A stretch of 64,000 nt of DNA from Spizellomyces punctatus DAOM BR117. Its lineage: Eukaryota. The stretch lies in NCBI GenBank assembly GCA_000182565.2, contig KQ257451.1; one strand, 5' to 3'. Positions 38,201 to 52,966 of this stretch are shown piece after piece. How positions within the stretch are numbered: position 1 is the first letter of the stretch; the number at the start of each line of letters is the position of its first letter. The notes under the pieces are model-generated. The model did not search any database. It saw only the letters and a list, made by a program, of their open reading frames with translations, and was not told the origin of the DNA. The translations under genes and the position numbers were made by a program.

Positions 38201-39980
38201 TCTGTGTTGCCATCCCCACCACCCGAGATCGTCGAGCCCAAACGCGTATCTTCAGATCCAACGCGAACGGGTCTCGTTCACTCAAAGTCTAGCTCCTCAC
38301 TGGTCCTGGAGAAGTCTGGAAGAACAGCGGGACCTCCTGCGTTAGAGCACTCGCACTCGGCCTCGTCTCTTTTTCCCAATACCTCCAGACTTTCTCCATC
38401 GTCATCTGCGAATCCACAGAGACCTCGCCCTGTGTCATGGGTAGCGGGTCCTTCCCCGATTTTGGTGAGTAAAATGGTCATTTCTGAGAACCCAGATGTA
38501 GCAATCCTAATTTTGATGTTCACAGCAACCGGAACCTAAAAGATTCTCAGGATATCCGGAAGGCGAAGCACCGTCCCCTCCTCCAAAGACGGGCAGCTCG
38601 CCAACTAAAGGCAGTGCACTTCCACCGTCTTCTCTGCAAGCGATTCCAGTTGCACAAGGTCAAGGGCGTCCGCCGGCGCCGACACGCGTTCACTCAAGCT
38701 CGGCAAGCTCGTCCTCAGATCTTTTTAGCTCTGGCGAATCTTTTTCGCCGGCTGCGAGAACAGAGCAGTCTACAGACGGACCATCCCGCCCAATGTCCTC
38801 CGGCTCTGGATATCCGCGTAGTGAACTGGCACCAGGACGCCTTCCAGGGAGCAATGCATTGCCGGGAACTGAGTATGCCCAAGGGGGTGCGAAGGGGTAT
38901 CAGCAAGCTATATCAGTTCCGGACGCGACACCTTCTCGTCCTCAGGCAAACGTGGCTCCTGTTTACGGCGGTCCAAGCCCATATTCTTTGCAGAAAAGTA
39001 GACAGGACGTACCACCAACTTCTCGCCATTCGTCCGGGGACTATTCCGCGCAGATCAGTCCGCTGGGATACCCACCCGTGAAGCCCGTTGACAATCCAGC
39101 TCCACCTCTACAAACGACGCGGCCGTCCGCCCCCCTTAGAGGCACCGGGTATCCTCAGGAGACCGATCCCGCCAATATCCGCTCGTCATCTACTGATATC
39201 GCCTCGAAAGCATATCCCCCGCGTATAAAATCCCGTGGTGCTCCACTTGTGCGGCCACAAGGTGTCTCGCCGCCATTGCAGAGTCAACAGCGCGGAGACG
39301 AAGTGGAGCGGACGTCGCTGCCAGCTACAGCGTCAGGGGGTGACGACATGCGGAAGGGCAGTGCACGATCTTTTGAAGAGTCGAGACCGTCCAGTCGCGA
39401 CGCGGAAGAAGAACAGCTTAAAGCAGCCATTGCAGCATCATTGCTGGAAAGTAATACAGGGCGTCAACCGCCTTCATATGGTCACTCGAGTCGTCAGCCG
39501 GCAGACCGAACCACTCCTACTCAACCGCCCAATATGCGCACTGAGCAACAGCCTTCTTATCCATCCTCTGACCACGTTGTCGCTCCTTCCACACCGCCTC
39601 TACAAGTACCTAATTACCCTCCTTTTCGAGCACAATCACCTCGCCCGCCGCTATATCGACAGGCAGCATACCGCCAAGCACCTCTACCACAATCCCAACA
39701 ACCGCCGGCACAAAACACCCCGCCGTATGGATATTATCCGGGTCAAAGTCCTCCCGTGAGTTTCTATCAGCAAGCTCCAGGGCCATATCAGCAACCGCAA
39801 GGACCATATCGGCAAGCTCAGTATCAGCAGGCACCGCTGCCGTCAAGTGCATCCGCTAGACCGACCTCACCGGGTGGACAAATGTATCATAGGAGTGCGC
39901 AAGGCCCCCAACCCCCAAATTACCCTGGTGCACCTTCATACGGACCTTATGGGTATCAAGGGAGACCTGAGCAGCGGTAA
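35248..39980 (+). CDS. Sec1/Munc18 (SM) family protein with a long Pro/Gln-rich tail containing a UIM
   Basis: WKVLVVE, EAIYFITPS, LKELNIDF, ILVLDRSVDPFAPLIHTLTYQAAAHD, DKLRLIL, IHRYVP, GLSFAEVR and IGSTNLVTP; the tail splices in frame (38464/38526). Confidence 0.9.
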
Positions 39981-40882
39981 TTGGCAAGGGCAAATATGTT
40001 TACGTTGGGGTGGTGGTACTTTAATGTAGGAGATTAGATTTCTATGTTTTGTAGGTAGCATAATATGTAATAAGCCATCAAGATAGTCTTCAAAAGAATC
40101 CAATAGGGCAGTTGAATGTCCATGTAGGCTAAAATGTCACGTAAACAGCACCCAACAAGTTGACAATTGCAATCTTTTTTGAATCAACGCAAACTCGTAT
40201 ATAAAAAAACAATAAAGAAACGATCAAGAATGAGAAAAGAAAGATAATTCTGCATACAAAAAAGTGTAAAGAAATCAAAAGAGCCTACTTTCTGCCACAT
40301 AACGCTGTTCGACCCGTTTTCTTTTTTTGCCCTTTTATCCCACTTTACAGTAAAAACAAAATTGTTTCTCCCGGCCCAGCAATACGACAGAAAAAAAAGA
40401 AAACTGATGAAAATGTCTTCCTACCTATCGATAAGACCACGAAAAGAATGAGCTACACTAGAAAAGCTTTCAAAAGAAAACCGCAGCCAAAAAGACCATC
40501 GCTTCTGCAGCGTGCATGAGTATATACAAGAAAAACAAAAGCAGAAGACTCTCTCTCAAAAAAAAAAAAATCTGTCCTACAGCTCAAGATGAAAAGCCAA
40601 GAAAAGCAAGCCTACAAGGTTGCTCCAACAGAGAAAAAGGACAATGGTGAACATGGATGGGCATGTGCAAGCACAACCCGTTCGCTTAATGTACAAACGG
40701 GACAAAAGCAGTGAAAAAAGTTGTTTGATTGCGGTACTAGCGAACGGAAGTGTCGGTGAAGGAAATTGCTAACAAATTGAACGGTTGCTATCAGATATCT
40801 TGACGCACAGTGTTTTCGCGCACGCAAATAGGACAAGATACATACCATCGTAAATATTTATAAATGAAGCATCACCTCGAAC

Positions 40883-42308
40883 CTAATGTCCATGGATAAG
40901 GCGACTTTCCTTTTCCATCATCATAAGCGGTTGATGGACCATGGGTTGAGGGCCAGCTGGTGGAGGACGAACACCCAGAGGATTTTTAGAGTAGCTCAAG
41001 CGAATGCCGCCCTTTGTCGAGTTGCTGAGAGGATTGCCATAGAGCTGAACAAGGGCTTGCGTCGCGCATTGCACGTCTTCAAACTCGACAAAACACATTG
41101 GTCCGTTCGGTCTGCTACGGAAACACATTCGCTTGTATCCCGGACAACGAGAAAAGAGTTGCCGAAGTTCCTCCTCAGATGTGTCATGTGGGAGATTGCC
41201 GACATAGAGTGTGTTGCATGGTGGGTTTTGGTCGCCGTTGGAACGAGGACCGTAAGGTCCCAGGCCGGTTGGACTAGTTCCGGCAGAGCTTGACGCACTA
41301 GAGGCACTACCGCTACAGCTACCCGTGCTACCGCTGGGTGTGGTGTTCATACCGAGAATAGAGAGTCTGGGAAGTAGGCTTTCGCTACTGAAAAGTGCGC
41401 TGCTGAATCCTCGCTCCGAGAACGACTGACTGCGAGCCACCGTTGTGGGGGGTGATGGACCATTGTCCAAAAAGTCATTGTAAGTGTTGGCATCAACGAC
41501 ATTTGGGCGACCAGTCACCATTCCGCCTGGTTGTCCAGGACGCACGTCCATAAACTCTGAGAAGGAGCCTGCTCGTGCAGAGTATGGAGATTCGCTCAGT
41601 GACGTGCGTCCCATCATGGACTCTTGGGATCCATAGAGGTCACACATGTCAATTGGAGACGGGAAGTCAGGAGCACCGAAAAGATCCCGTGTAAGCGGTG
41701 GTGTTGACATTGGTGGTGCGCCAAGGAAGAACGGGTCGGGAAACATTGTGCTATCCTTGGATCCGCGCCGTTGAAGGTGGGCCATTGGGTTCATGCCAAA
41801 GCCGTTGGCGAGGGTAGCGTGATCGATTGACAGACCACGTTTCGTGTGAAGATTCTTCTTTGCCATTTCTGCCTTCAATACGCAGCCTCGCTCGGCGTCG
41901 ACCTTGCGGCCGCTAAGAACGTCTCTGGCCTCCAAAGCGTCAAGGCGAGTTCTAAACTTTGCAAAACCAATCTGTGGGAAAAAATATCGAATGGTTGATA
42001 AGTCAGTGTGAAAAACGTAGCTTGGATAATTTCCAGGACTCACGATTTGCTTCCTGCCATTGTTGGTTCCTGTTCCGTCATCGCTATCGGTTTGTGAAGG
42101 TATCTTGAGTGTGGCAGCTTCAAAGCCAGAAGAGAATGTAAACATGTTTTGAAATTCGCGCTCTTGCATATCATCAGGGAACCCGACGACAAAAATAGTT
42201 GTGATTTCCTCCTGTGTTAAGCAAAAGTAAGTTTGACTTGGAGGATATAGCGACCATCCATTGTTCAGAGAAGCTTACCTGCATGGTTGCAATATGTGCC
42301 ACAGGCAT
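40883..42308 (-). CDS. Two-RRM RNA-binding protein, Scw1/Whi3-like
   Basis: [24 protein letters not shown] and LKAEMAKKN in RRM1; [35 protein letters not shown] in RRM2. Short first exon 42308-42279. Confidence 0.9.
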
Positions 42309-42386
42309 TTACATAAATGTAGGTTGATGTCGCCAAAGTAAATCATATATACATGACAGCAAGCGATGGGGATGCTTGGGGAAAAA

Positions 42387-42486
42387 NNNNNNNNNNNNNN
42401 NNNNNNNNNNNNNNNNNNNNNNNNNNNNNNNNNNNNNNNNNNNNNNNNNNNNNNNNNNNNNNNNNNNNNNNNNNNNNNNNNNNNNN
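42387..42486. other. Assembly gap (100 N)
   Basis: Run of N, located upstream of the predicted RRM gene start. Confidence 1.
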
Positions 42487-44038
42487 GTCCGAAATTGCGA
42501 GAGAGACCAAATGAACGTGGAGGAGCTTCGACGAGACTTGAGGAGCGCGCGCGGTAACACCGACAGCGATGAACCCGGCAGCGATGAAAACCGTGCACAG
42601 TAGGGATGAGGCAAACAAAAAAAGATAGCCGGTGTGCGAGAGTAAGAGTGAAATAGAGTGGCCAATGCAAAAGGCAAACGTGATAAAGGTTGAATGAAAG
42701 AGTAGCTTTTTTGAAAGCACTCGTTTATATAAAAAGACTATTGAAAGGGATAATTGTTCAGGTAATGAAGGTAAGAGTGGAGAGCGAAAACCCTAGCGCG
42801 GAAGGAAGGGCAAGTCGATCGTAGCGGAAGCTATTTAAGCCCAAAAGACCCGAAATGCAAAAAGGCCGAATTGGTTTGCGAGGGGGGGGATACCCGTAAC
42901 TCTGCTTTTTGTCGTCTTTGATCAAAACAAGACACACTAGTAGAATTTCAATATGATGGGCCGGGAGGGGGAAATCGCAGCCATTTGGTGCTGTTGAGCG
43001 TTCGAGGGGGGATAAAGGCAATAAGCTATTTGGAACCGCGTGCGCGCGTGTGTCCCTGCACGCTCTCCGAATGGAAGAAGGGGGATGGTTAAAGGAAGGA
43101 GAGGAGGCCGTCCGCCAAAAGGGTTTGTTGTAGCGTTCAAAAAGGCCAAAAAGAAGGGCAAGTAGATGATGGAATGAAAGGGCAGGAAGGGGGTTCGCAC
43201 AATGGATTTGACAAGTCCCCAAAAAGCTTCCGTCCGTTTGTCCGACTAATGTGCCCCAAAAAGCGTTTTTCATTCATATCATTTTCATGAATTGGCAAAA
43301 TGGGGACATTTGCATCGAGTTTATCGACTTTATCATGATCAAAAGGCTAAACACCAAGCGAACCGTGCGATCACAGCCCAAAACGCGGGCTATAAAACAA
43401 TATGGACTAAAAAATCTGGAATTTGGGAAAACTGCTTTCTAAAGGTGGGATATAGTAATTGACTTTGCGTTCTGTTTTACAATACTCGGGGGAGGTACGA
43501 ACGTTAAAGGACAACCTATATGCGTCATGACGACGACTTTATGTGCTGCCAATAGACTCTGAAAAAGGTAGAGTAGGCGAGTTTGTGGTGCGTGGAGAGC
43601 GCACTTTATGACCCAATCAATCAATCACACACACACAAAACTCTTTTTGCGCCTTGGTCGCTCCCCCCCCGTCGGAACAAGAAAGAGCTCTGCTTATCTG
43701 TCCAACCTTTCAAAAGGGGGTGGTGGTTGGCGACGACAAAAGAACAAACGGGGGGGGGAGACAATTTACAGAAACTTGAGTCCCTGGAGGGACGGACGCA
43801 ACTTGTTCCTCCCTGCTTTTTGCTTGCCCCCCTCCATCCATCCATCAAAATGCCAAATGAAGGACAATACGCAAATTAAAATCAATCAGTTGGATAAGGA
43901 AAGTCAACGGCATTTGCGCTTTTAGAACACCTTTTTGTCCGAACGGCATTTGCACGTGTGGGGCGCAGTTATCTGATGAGGTAATAAACGGCTGTGTTGA
44001 ATGAGCGCTCGTATCCCAGTTGAACAATTCGCTACACG

Positions 44039-45689
44039 ATGCACGGCATCTTGAGCATCACAGCGTGGCTCTTGCTGTCATGTCTTTGGGAAAATGTCGT
44101 CTCTGCACATGCCCCAACGCAATGGCCTCTCCAAGAGACTTTCGCGATACCCCCAAAAGAGATTGCAGTCATTGGTACTTTTGACACATGATGATCTAGT
44201 ATGCTTATTTGGTATAGTGACAAGTGTGACTGTTTCTGCAGGAGGAGGAGCCGCAGGAACAAGCTTTGCCTATTTCTTGAGTCAGTCAGAGCTACGAGAC
44301 AATGTCTCTATTACGCTGTTTGAGGCCACAGGCCGGTTGGGCGGACGCGCCCTGTCCACCAGCGTGAACGGCACCAAGATTGAATTGGGTGCTTCCATAT
44401 TCCTGGTACTAGCTTAATCTTTTTGACATTGACGACGACGACATGTCACTTGGCTCATGCATACTCCCACGCCGCTACAGACAGAGAACCAAAATCTGTA
44501 TAATGCCACACAGACATTTAATCTTTCAGTGTCAATGCGGCCTGCCAAATCCGCTTCCCGTCCCCCTTGGGCACTTTGGAACGGCGATTCCTTTTCATTC
44601 ACAGCATCTACAAGCCCTAGCAAAACTATTGTTGATATGCTGTGGCGGTACGGGCTCGCTCCTTTGACAGTTCGGAGACTGGCGCGAGACGCAGCCAACA
44701 TTTTTGCTCAAGGAGCATACGATAGCAGCACAGCGCCTTTGTTTACGACAGTGGATGAATTGGTGGATATCCTTGGGCTGAAGGAATACGTTGACGTTGA
44801 TGCCCGACAATGGTTTGTCGACCGCAAGGGCATTGGAGAAAAGTACATACAAGAAATTGTGCAAGCGGCAACTAGAGTCAACTACGCGCAAAATCTTGAT
44901 TTGAACGCCATAGCTGCGCTAGTCTGCATGGCCGCAGCAAGCGGACAAGCAATATCGGTGGCAGAAGGCAATGAACGCATCTTCCAACACTATGCCAAGG
45001 CATCAGAGGCACAGATTCATCTGGACACTGCAATTACCTCCATTGAAAGGCTGTCTGCGCAAGAAAAGTATGCTGTAACAAGCAAGGATGGCTCAACAGC
45101 CCTCTTTGATGCTGTCGTCCTTGCTGTTCCGTGGAGTAGTGTAGGTGAAATCGCTTCTGTAAAAGCCTCTGATCAGCAAACTCATTTTTGACATTTACAG
45201 CCAAATCCACCGTTAAATCTCGTCAACCTCCGCACTCAGCCATTTGTCATCCCCTACATTCATCTTCACGTCACAATCGTAACTGGAACTCTGCGTCCAT
45301 CGTACTTTAACCTCGCATCCGGATCCCCCGTCCCGGACACGGTCTTCACCGCTCCTAACCCGTCCATTCCATTCTATTCCATCTCCATCCTCTCAGAATT
45401 GCGAAACTCCTCTGACAGTATCATCAAAATCTTTTCACCAAGCAAAATGGAGGATTCTTTGCTGACTGCATTGTTTGAGAGCATACAGGGCGATGTCATC
45501 CGAAAAGAGTGGGATTCCTATCCGGTGCTGACACCAAAGGAACGCACAGGCATGCCGGTAGAGTTGGATGATGGAGCGTGGTTTGTAAATGGATTTGAGT
45601 CAGTGTTTTCAACCATGGAGAGCGAGGTTGTGGTTGCAAGAAAGGTGGTGGGCCTGGTCGAAGACTGGATTAAGAAGCGACAACCTTGA
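44039..45689 (+). CDS. Prenylcysteine oxidase/lyase (FAD-dependent, signal peptide)
   Basis: Signal peptide, IAVIGGGAAGTS, RLGGR, IELGASIF, ATRVNYAQN, EGNERIF, YIHLHVT and FESVFSTMESE. Confidence 0.9.
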
Positions 45690-45886
45690 TATTGTACGCC
45701 GATGACAGGCCGATTTGACATTTTCTTCTAGTATCTCCGCGCGTATGTAGACATACTCATGTTTACATATTGATGGGTCCATCTGCCTTGGTGGATATCT
45801 ACATTATACAAAGTGAGCCTTGTTGTCACATTTATTGTTATGGATTGTCTGTATGCATCAGTTTGTGTCTTTTTTGGCTGTGCTTC

Positions 45887-48018
<2,132 letters not shown>

Positions 48019-48282
48019 GGGTAAGCGGCTACTAAGATGTGGTCAATGCTGGATCGCGAACCCACTTTGTGGATTTGCAATGTGGCGCAGGCGATCACTG
48101 TAAGCAACATTTGGCAATGATCTTCAATGTAATTTTAATATATTTTGAGCACGGGAACATCTCCGCCAGGTATGGAGACTGATCTCCGTAAAAAGAAAGA
48201 CCACCATGTACAATGCACCGACAACTCCCTTTCCAAGATCCCTCCGTAGTCCACCAACCAGAAGTTAAGCCAAGGTAAATGC

Positions 48283-49005
48283 TTATTCCTGGCCGTAAAT
48301 GGGGAACTCGAAGTCGACCTCCTTTCCGGTCAACCTTTTGTAGGCGGAAGAGAAGGTGTCGAGCTTGTACTCGAGAGCGGTGTGGTCCTTGCGGTCCAAG
48401 AACCTAATCAAGTAAACAGGTTATGATTACGTGGTGCTTGATAACTTTGATCAAGTTCATGACTACACTACTTACACCTTGATCAACTTGCTGCCATCAA
48501 CGCGCACCTTGGTCCGCTTGCCGACAATCTCAGTGGGGTAGACAAGGTCCTCCAAGAGCTTCTCGTGCACAGAAGTGAGGGTACGGGAACGGGGGCGGGG
48601 CTGGTGGACACGTGCCCTACGGGTGGGCTTGCGAAGGATACGACGCTGCGCAACAAGGAGAACGTGGCGGTCGGAGAACTTCTTCTCAAGCTCCCGTACA
48701 AGACGGGACTGGACCTTGTGGTATTGCTTCAACAAGGGAACGGGGACGAAGATGATGATGGCCTTCTTTCCGTGGCTAACATCGACCTAACGAAAGAGAT
48801 TAGGTTCCTTTCAAACACGAAAATACAATTTCTCTGCGACTGAACTGATACGCACCTCCTTGGCGCTGACAAATTGCAGACCCCTCAAGTCCTCCTTGAG
48901 CTCAGCAACGTTCTGCTCGAGCTCGTAGATGTTCTGGGCAACCTGGAGCTCAAGCTCATCAGGCTCTTGACCAGCCGGCTTTGCAATCTTGGACCTGGCG
49001 GACAT
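48283..49005 (-). CDS. RPS7: 40S ribosomal protein S7 (eS7)
   Basis: [22 protein letters not shown] and [14 protein letters not shown]; two coding introns plus a 5'-UTR intron (~49016-49504). Confidence 0.97.
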
Positions 49006-49453
49006 GGTGCTAGTTCTATAATGCAAATAATTGTCAGCAATGTTCTCGACAAGTTTGACATCCACCATCAATCCGTCGCGCCGTTTCTAATAGGTTCCTC
49101 TCGTGTGCCGTCCGTCAAGGTGCCATAGTGCCATGTCTAAAGGACACATCTCCAGCGTTCTACCATATCTATCGTAACTCTGTCGACAATGGTTTCATGC
49201 ACGGCTCCACAATCGTTGATCTACCATCGAAAACGTCCAGATAATCGTCGTCGGGTTAACTATCGCAGAATCCACCATATGCACACTCTCTCTCCACTTG
49301 TTCTTCCAATCCAAGCCTCAATTTATCCTCCTCGCATTCCCCATGGTGTCGCACCACCTAATCCCCGCTAACAGCCCTGTTCATCGTCCAGGATAATCGC
49401 ACGAAAGCCGGACAGCACACGAAAAGAACCTCGGACCACAATCTGCGCGCGCG

Positions 49454-49481
49454 GATGGACAGATGGATGGATGGATGGATG
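49454..49481. repeat. (GATG)n microsatellite in the RPS7 leader intron
   Basis: gatggacagatggatggatggatggatg. Confidence 0.8.
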
Positions 49482-49706
49482 CCTTTCCCAGTTGCAGTAC
49501 TTACCAAGACGCCGATTTCGAGGAAGAGGAAGCAAAACCCACTCGCCATCTTGCTGTCAGTAAATTTCGGAGCGTCTTGTCACGTGACAGCACAATTATC
49601 AGGTCACATGACTACTTGGAGGGGGGCACAGCCGTCGAGATGCCAAAGCAAGCGGAGTTGACTGGGGCATGTAGGAAATGAAGATTGAATTGCGTACGGC
49701 TCCGGC

Positions 49707-52700
49707 ATGCTACCTTGCTTTGCCAAAATGACTATCCAAGCAGAATGGTCTGCAACGAATTCAGCAGGTGGCACAGCGTTGGGAACTGCCCGCCGTTTTG
49801 GCAACATTGGTCTTTTCAAACAACGTACTTACGAAGAGCAAAGAGCTACCAGGCAGAAACTGCCACAACCTGCCAGAGAAGCTTCGCCGAAAGAGCCGTC
49901 AGACCGCAAGCGAGCATCAAGCTTTTTGCTCTCGCTCAGTCGCTCTAGCCTGACTTCCAACCGTGAACTGGCACCCCACAACCGGACCCGTGCGTCGAGC
50001 GCAAGCAGAGACTCTCGCTCCAGTTTATCTGGATCTCCTGTTTGGAGGTCCGGCTCCGTCAGCTCTTCACAAAATTCTTTAAGACGAAGACATTCAGAGA
50101 ACGATCGAACCAAGTCTTCGCCGTATAACTCAAGCATACGCTTCGTTGGTACGACCGGTTCACGCGACTCGGTCGCATCGCAGAGGTCGTCAGATATTGC
50201 CCTCGAACAAAGCAGACATAATCCTCCCAGAGTCGCGGATGATAAAGATTCGGCCTTGAAACGAAGGATAAAAGAGGTGGAAGAGGCGTATGGGAAATTG
50301 AAACGGTCTAACCCGCAACTTAATGAAGCGGGTATCCGAAAGTCCGCTGAAAAGGTTGCGGGTTCTGAAGCGTCGGTGGCGAAACAAAATTACGTTGTTT
50401 CTTCAACTATACCAGCAAAATCCCGCGGGAACCTAAAGCAGAGCATTATAGATCGGCTTACCCCCAGGTCTCGCACCCCGGAGCGGTCAACTTCCAACAC
50501 AGACACGTCCAGTGCGTCTTATCCGTTTAAGTCGGCCACACTACCACCGCCAATAAAAGGCCTTTACGACGATAGCCACAGTCATCCCGACACAAATCGC
50601 ACACACCCCGGCGACATTCTGCCAACACCGCCAACAAGCAGTCCTCCAGCTCGCAAAGAACAGGAGATTGCATATCACTACCATCATCCCCGACGCTTCC
50701 GCCACTCACAAGATATTATTGAAAAGAGTCTATCGAAAGCCCAATTGCGAAACGCCACCTTGAAGGATTTGAATAATAGACGGGAGGGCAGGTTTCGGCG
50801 TGCGAACTCTGAGGGCTACGATTTTGAAGCGCGAAGCCAGATGCCTGGATTGAGGGCAGACCAAAGGCCAAGAGCAAACTCCTTTCATGTGTCTCGGTCA
50901 CATGTCGATCAACCGCATGTCCTACCCAGCAATCCGGAAATCTTGAAGCTATTGTCGATGGACGCAAATTCCAGAAGACGGGCTTTACAGGTATAGCGAC
51001 ACGTCGAATTGTAGATAACAGAAAATTCTAATTATCTGGCATGTAAAGTACACTGTAAAGCGACAACGCCCTCCACGAGGACTTGTAGGGCTCCAGAATT
51101 TGGGCAATACTGTAAGTACAGCCGTCTCATGCTGGAGGGATCGCTCAAATTGCTAAGACATTCCGCCATCTGCAGTGTTTCATGAACTCAATATTGCAAT
51201 GTGCTTTTTCGACGGAATTGCTGATGGGCTACTTTTTATCCGGGGATTACAAGGGTGATATCAACCCTGGAAGTCCGATGAAAGGCCAATTAGCTACAGG
51301 CAAGTGATTGTTCCATACTCTACTGTGTTCATTCACCATGATCCAATTTGGTAACACGATGTTTTACCTACTCTCGGATGTAGCATTCGCCGCACTAGTC
51401 AAGGAGGTCATGAAGTCTAACGCATATAGATCAATCTCGCCGTCACAATTCAAGAGACAATTAGAACACTGGGCACCGCAATTTGTTGGCTACGAGTAAG
51501 TATGGATACCACTCCCGATCATGCAAAATTTTGTGAGTGGTCTATGGTTGAGCATATTTTATAAAAGCTGCTCCCAGAGTGACCCAACGTATCTCTTTTC
51601 TACCCTTTCTTTTTTTTGTGATACATCAGCCAGCAGGATGCCCAAGGTAAAGCCTACGTTCTTGTTGACTCGTTGTACCGGATTAGCTGAGTCTACTACC
51701 CGTGGACAGAGTTCTTGCGTTTCATGCTGGACGGATTACATGAAGACTTAAATCGGGTACAAGTGAGACCTCGTTTTACGTACAAAGATGAGGAGGCAGA
51801 TAAGTTAAGGTAGCTCTTACATCTGAGCGCCGCAGACAAACAATCAGACGTAATGCGCTGACGCCTCGACAGGGATGTTGAAAAGGCGCGACTGTCATGG
51901 AATCGATACCATGCAGTGAATAACAGCGTCATTTTCGGTATGCATACATGATTAATTCCGTGCTATTGTGACAATTATTAACGTCATTCGCATTTAGATT
52001 TGTTTGGTGGTCAACTGCAGAGTACGGTCATATGCCATGGCTGCAATCACCGTTCTGTGACGTTTGACACTTTCTGGGACCTTTCGCTACCCATTCCGAA
52101 GGTTGGTAATAACCATTTTCGCAGCATCAAGAGGTACTTGACTGAGAGTCAGTTACTGTTGGTAGGCATATGCACGTCGATCCGCGCGTTATTCCCTGAC
52201 ACCATCTGGTGAAAGCTGCTCTCTGTCCGAATGTCTCGCCGAATTTGCAATGAAGGAGGTATTAGAAGAGCCTTACAAGTGCGATAATTGCAAAAGTCAT
52301 CAAAAAGCGAGCAAGTCTCTGAGACTCTACCGATGTCCTGAAGTATTGGTTTTACGTTAGTTGAAACGATTTCCGTATTTTGTCCGCCATCATTTTCTGA
52401 TATTTGTCTCAGATTTGAAGCGCTTTACGTACTCTTACTACTCCCGGGATAAGATAGAGGCGAATGTCAAGTTTCCCGCGGAAGGGCTGGTATTGGATGA
52501 GATTATGAGCGATTTAGAAGGTGAGCCACCATGGCCGATATCTGCATGCCCCGACCATCGTCCAACGCGTTTTGCCATAGGGCGTGACCTTGAAGTCCGC
52601 TATGATCTTTTCGGCATATCCAATCACATGGGTGGTCTTGGGGGCGGACATTACATTGCCCACGTCCGTAATATCGATGATGAAGTCTGGTACGAAAAAA

Positions 52701-52789
52701 ACGACACACATGTTTCGCTTTGTACGGACGGGCCCGAAGCTGGGATGGGACCATCAGCATATGTATTGTTCTATCAGCGTCGACGGTGA
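49707..52789 (+). CDS. Ubiquitin-specific protease (C19; USP2/8/21-like) with a disordered N-terminus
   Basis: GLQNLGNTCFMNSILQC, QQDAQEF, FWDLSLPIP, LKRF and SNHMGGLGGGHYIAH..ND..AYVLFY. Confidence 0.93.
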
Positions 52790-52966
52790 CTTGTTTGTCA
52801 GCCACCTGCTGGTAGCGCTCTAATGCAATGAGGACAATTGCGATCAACGTCACTTTGTAAATATATCTCATGTAGCGTTTAATGATATTGTGACCGTTGA
52901 TGCGATGTTCTACTCTAAATGAGGTGTGAAGATTGCGTCATTTGAGCAATAGACCAAAACTTTCGT

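Noticed and set aside
42275-42720. ORFs spanning the N gap
   Set aside because: Artefacts of translating through N bases.
28196-45689. STE24 and prenylcysteine oxidase as a prenyl-processing cluster
   Set aside because: About 14 kb apart with unrelated genes between them; probably coincidence.
49175-49260. U17/snR30 snoRNA in the RPS7 intron (AAACCAT m2-like motif)
   Set aside because: The spacing to ACA is 5 nt rather than the expected 7, and there is no recognisable m1 (AUAUUCCUA) or H box.
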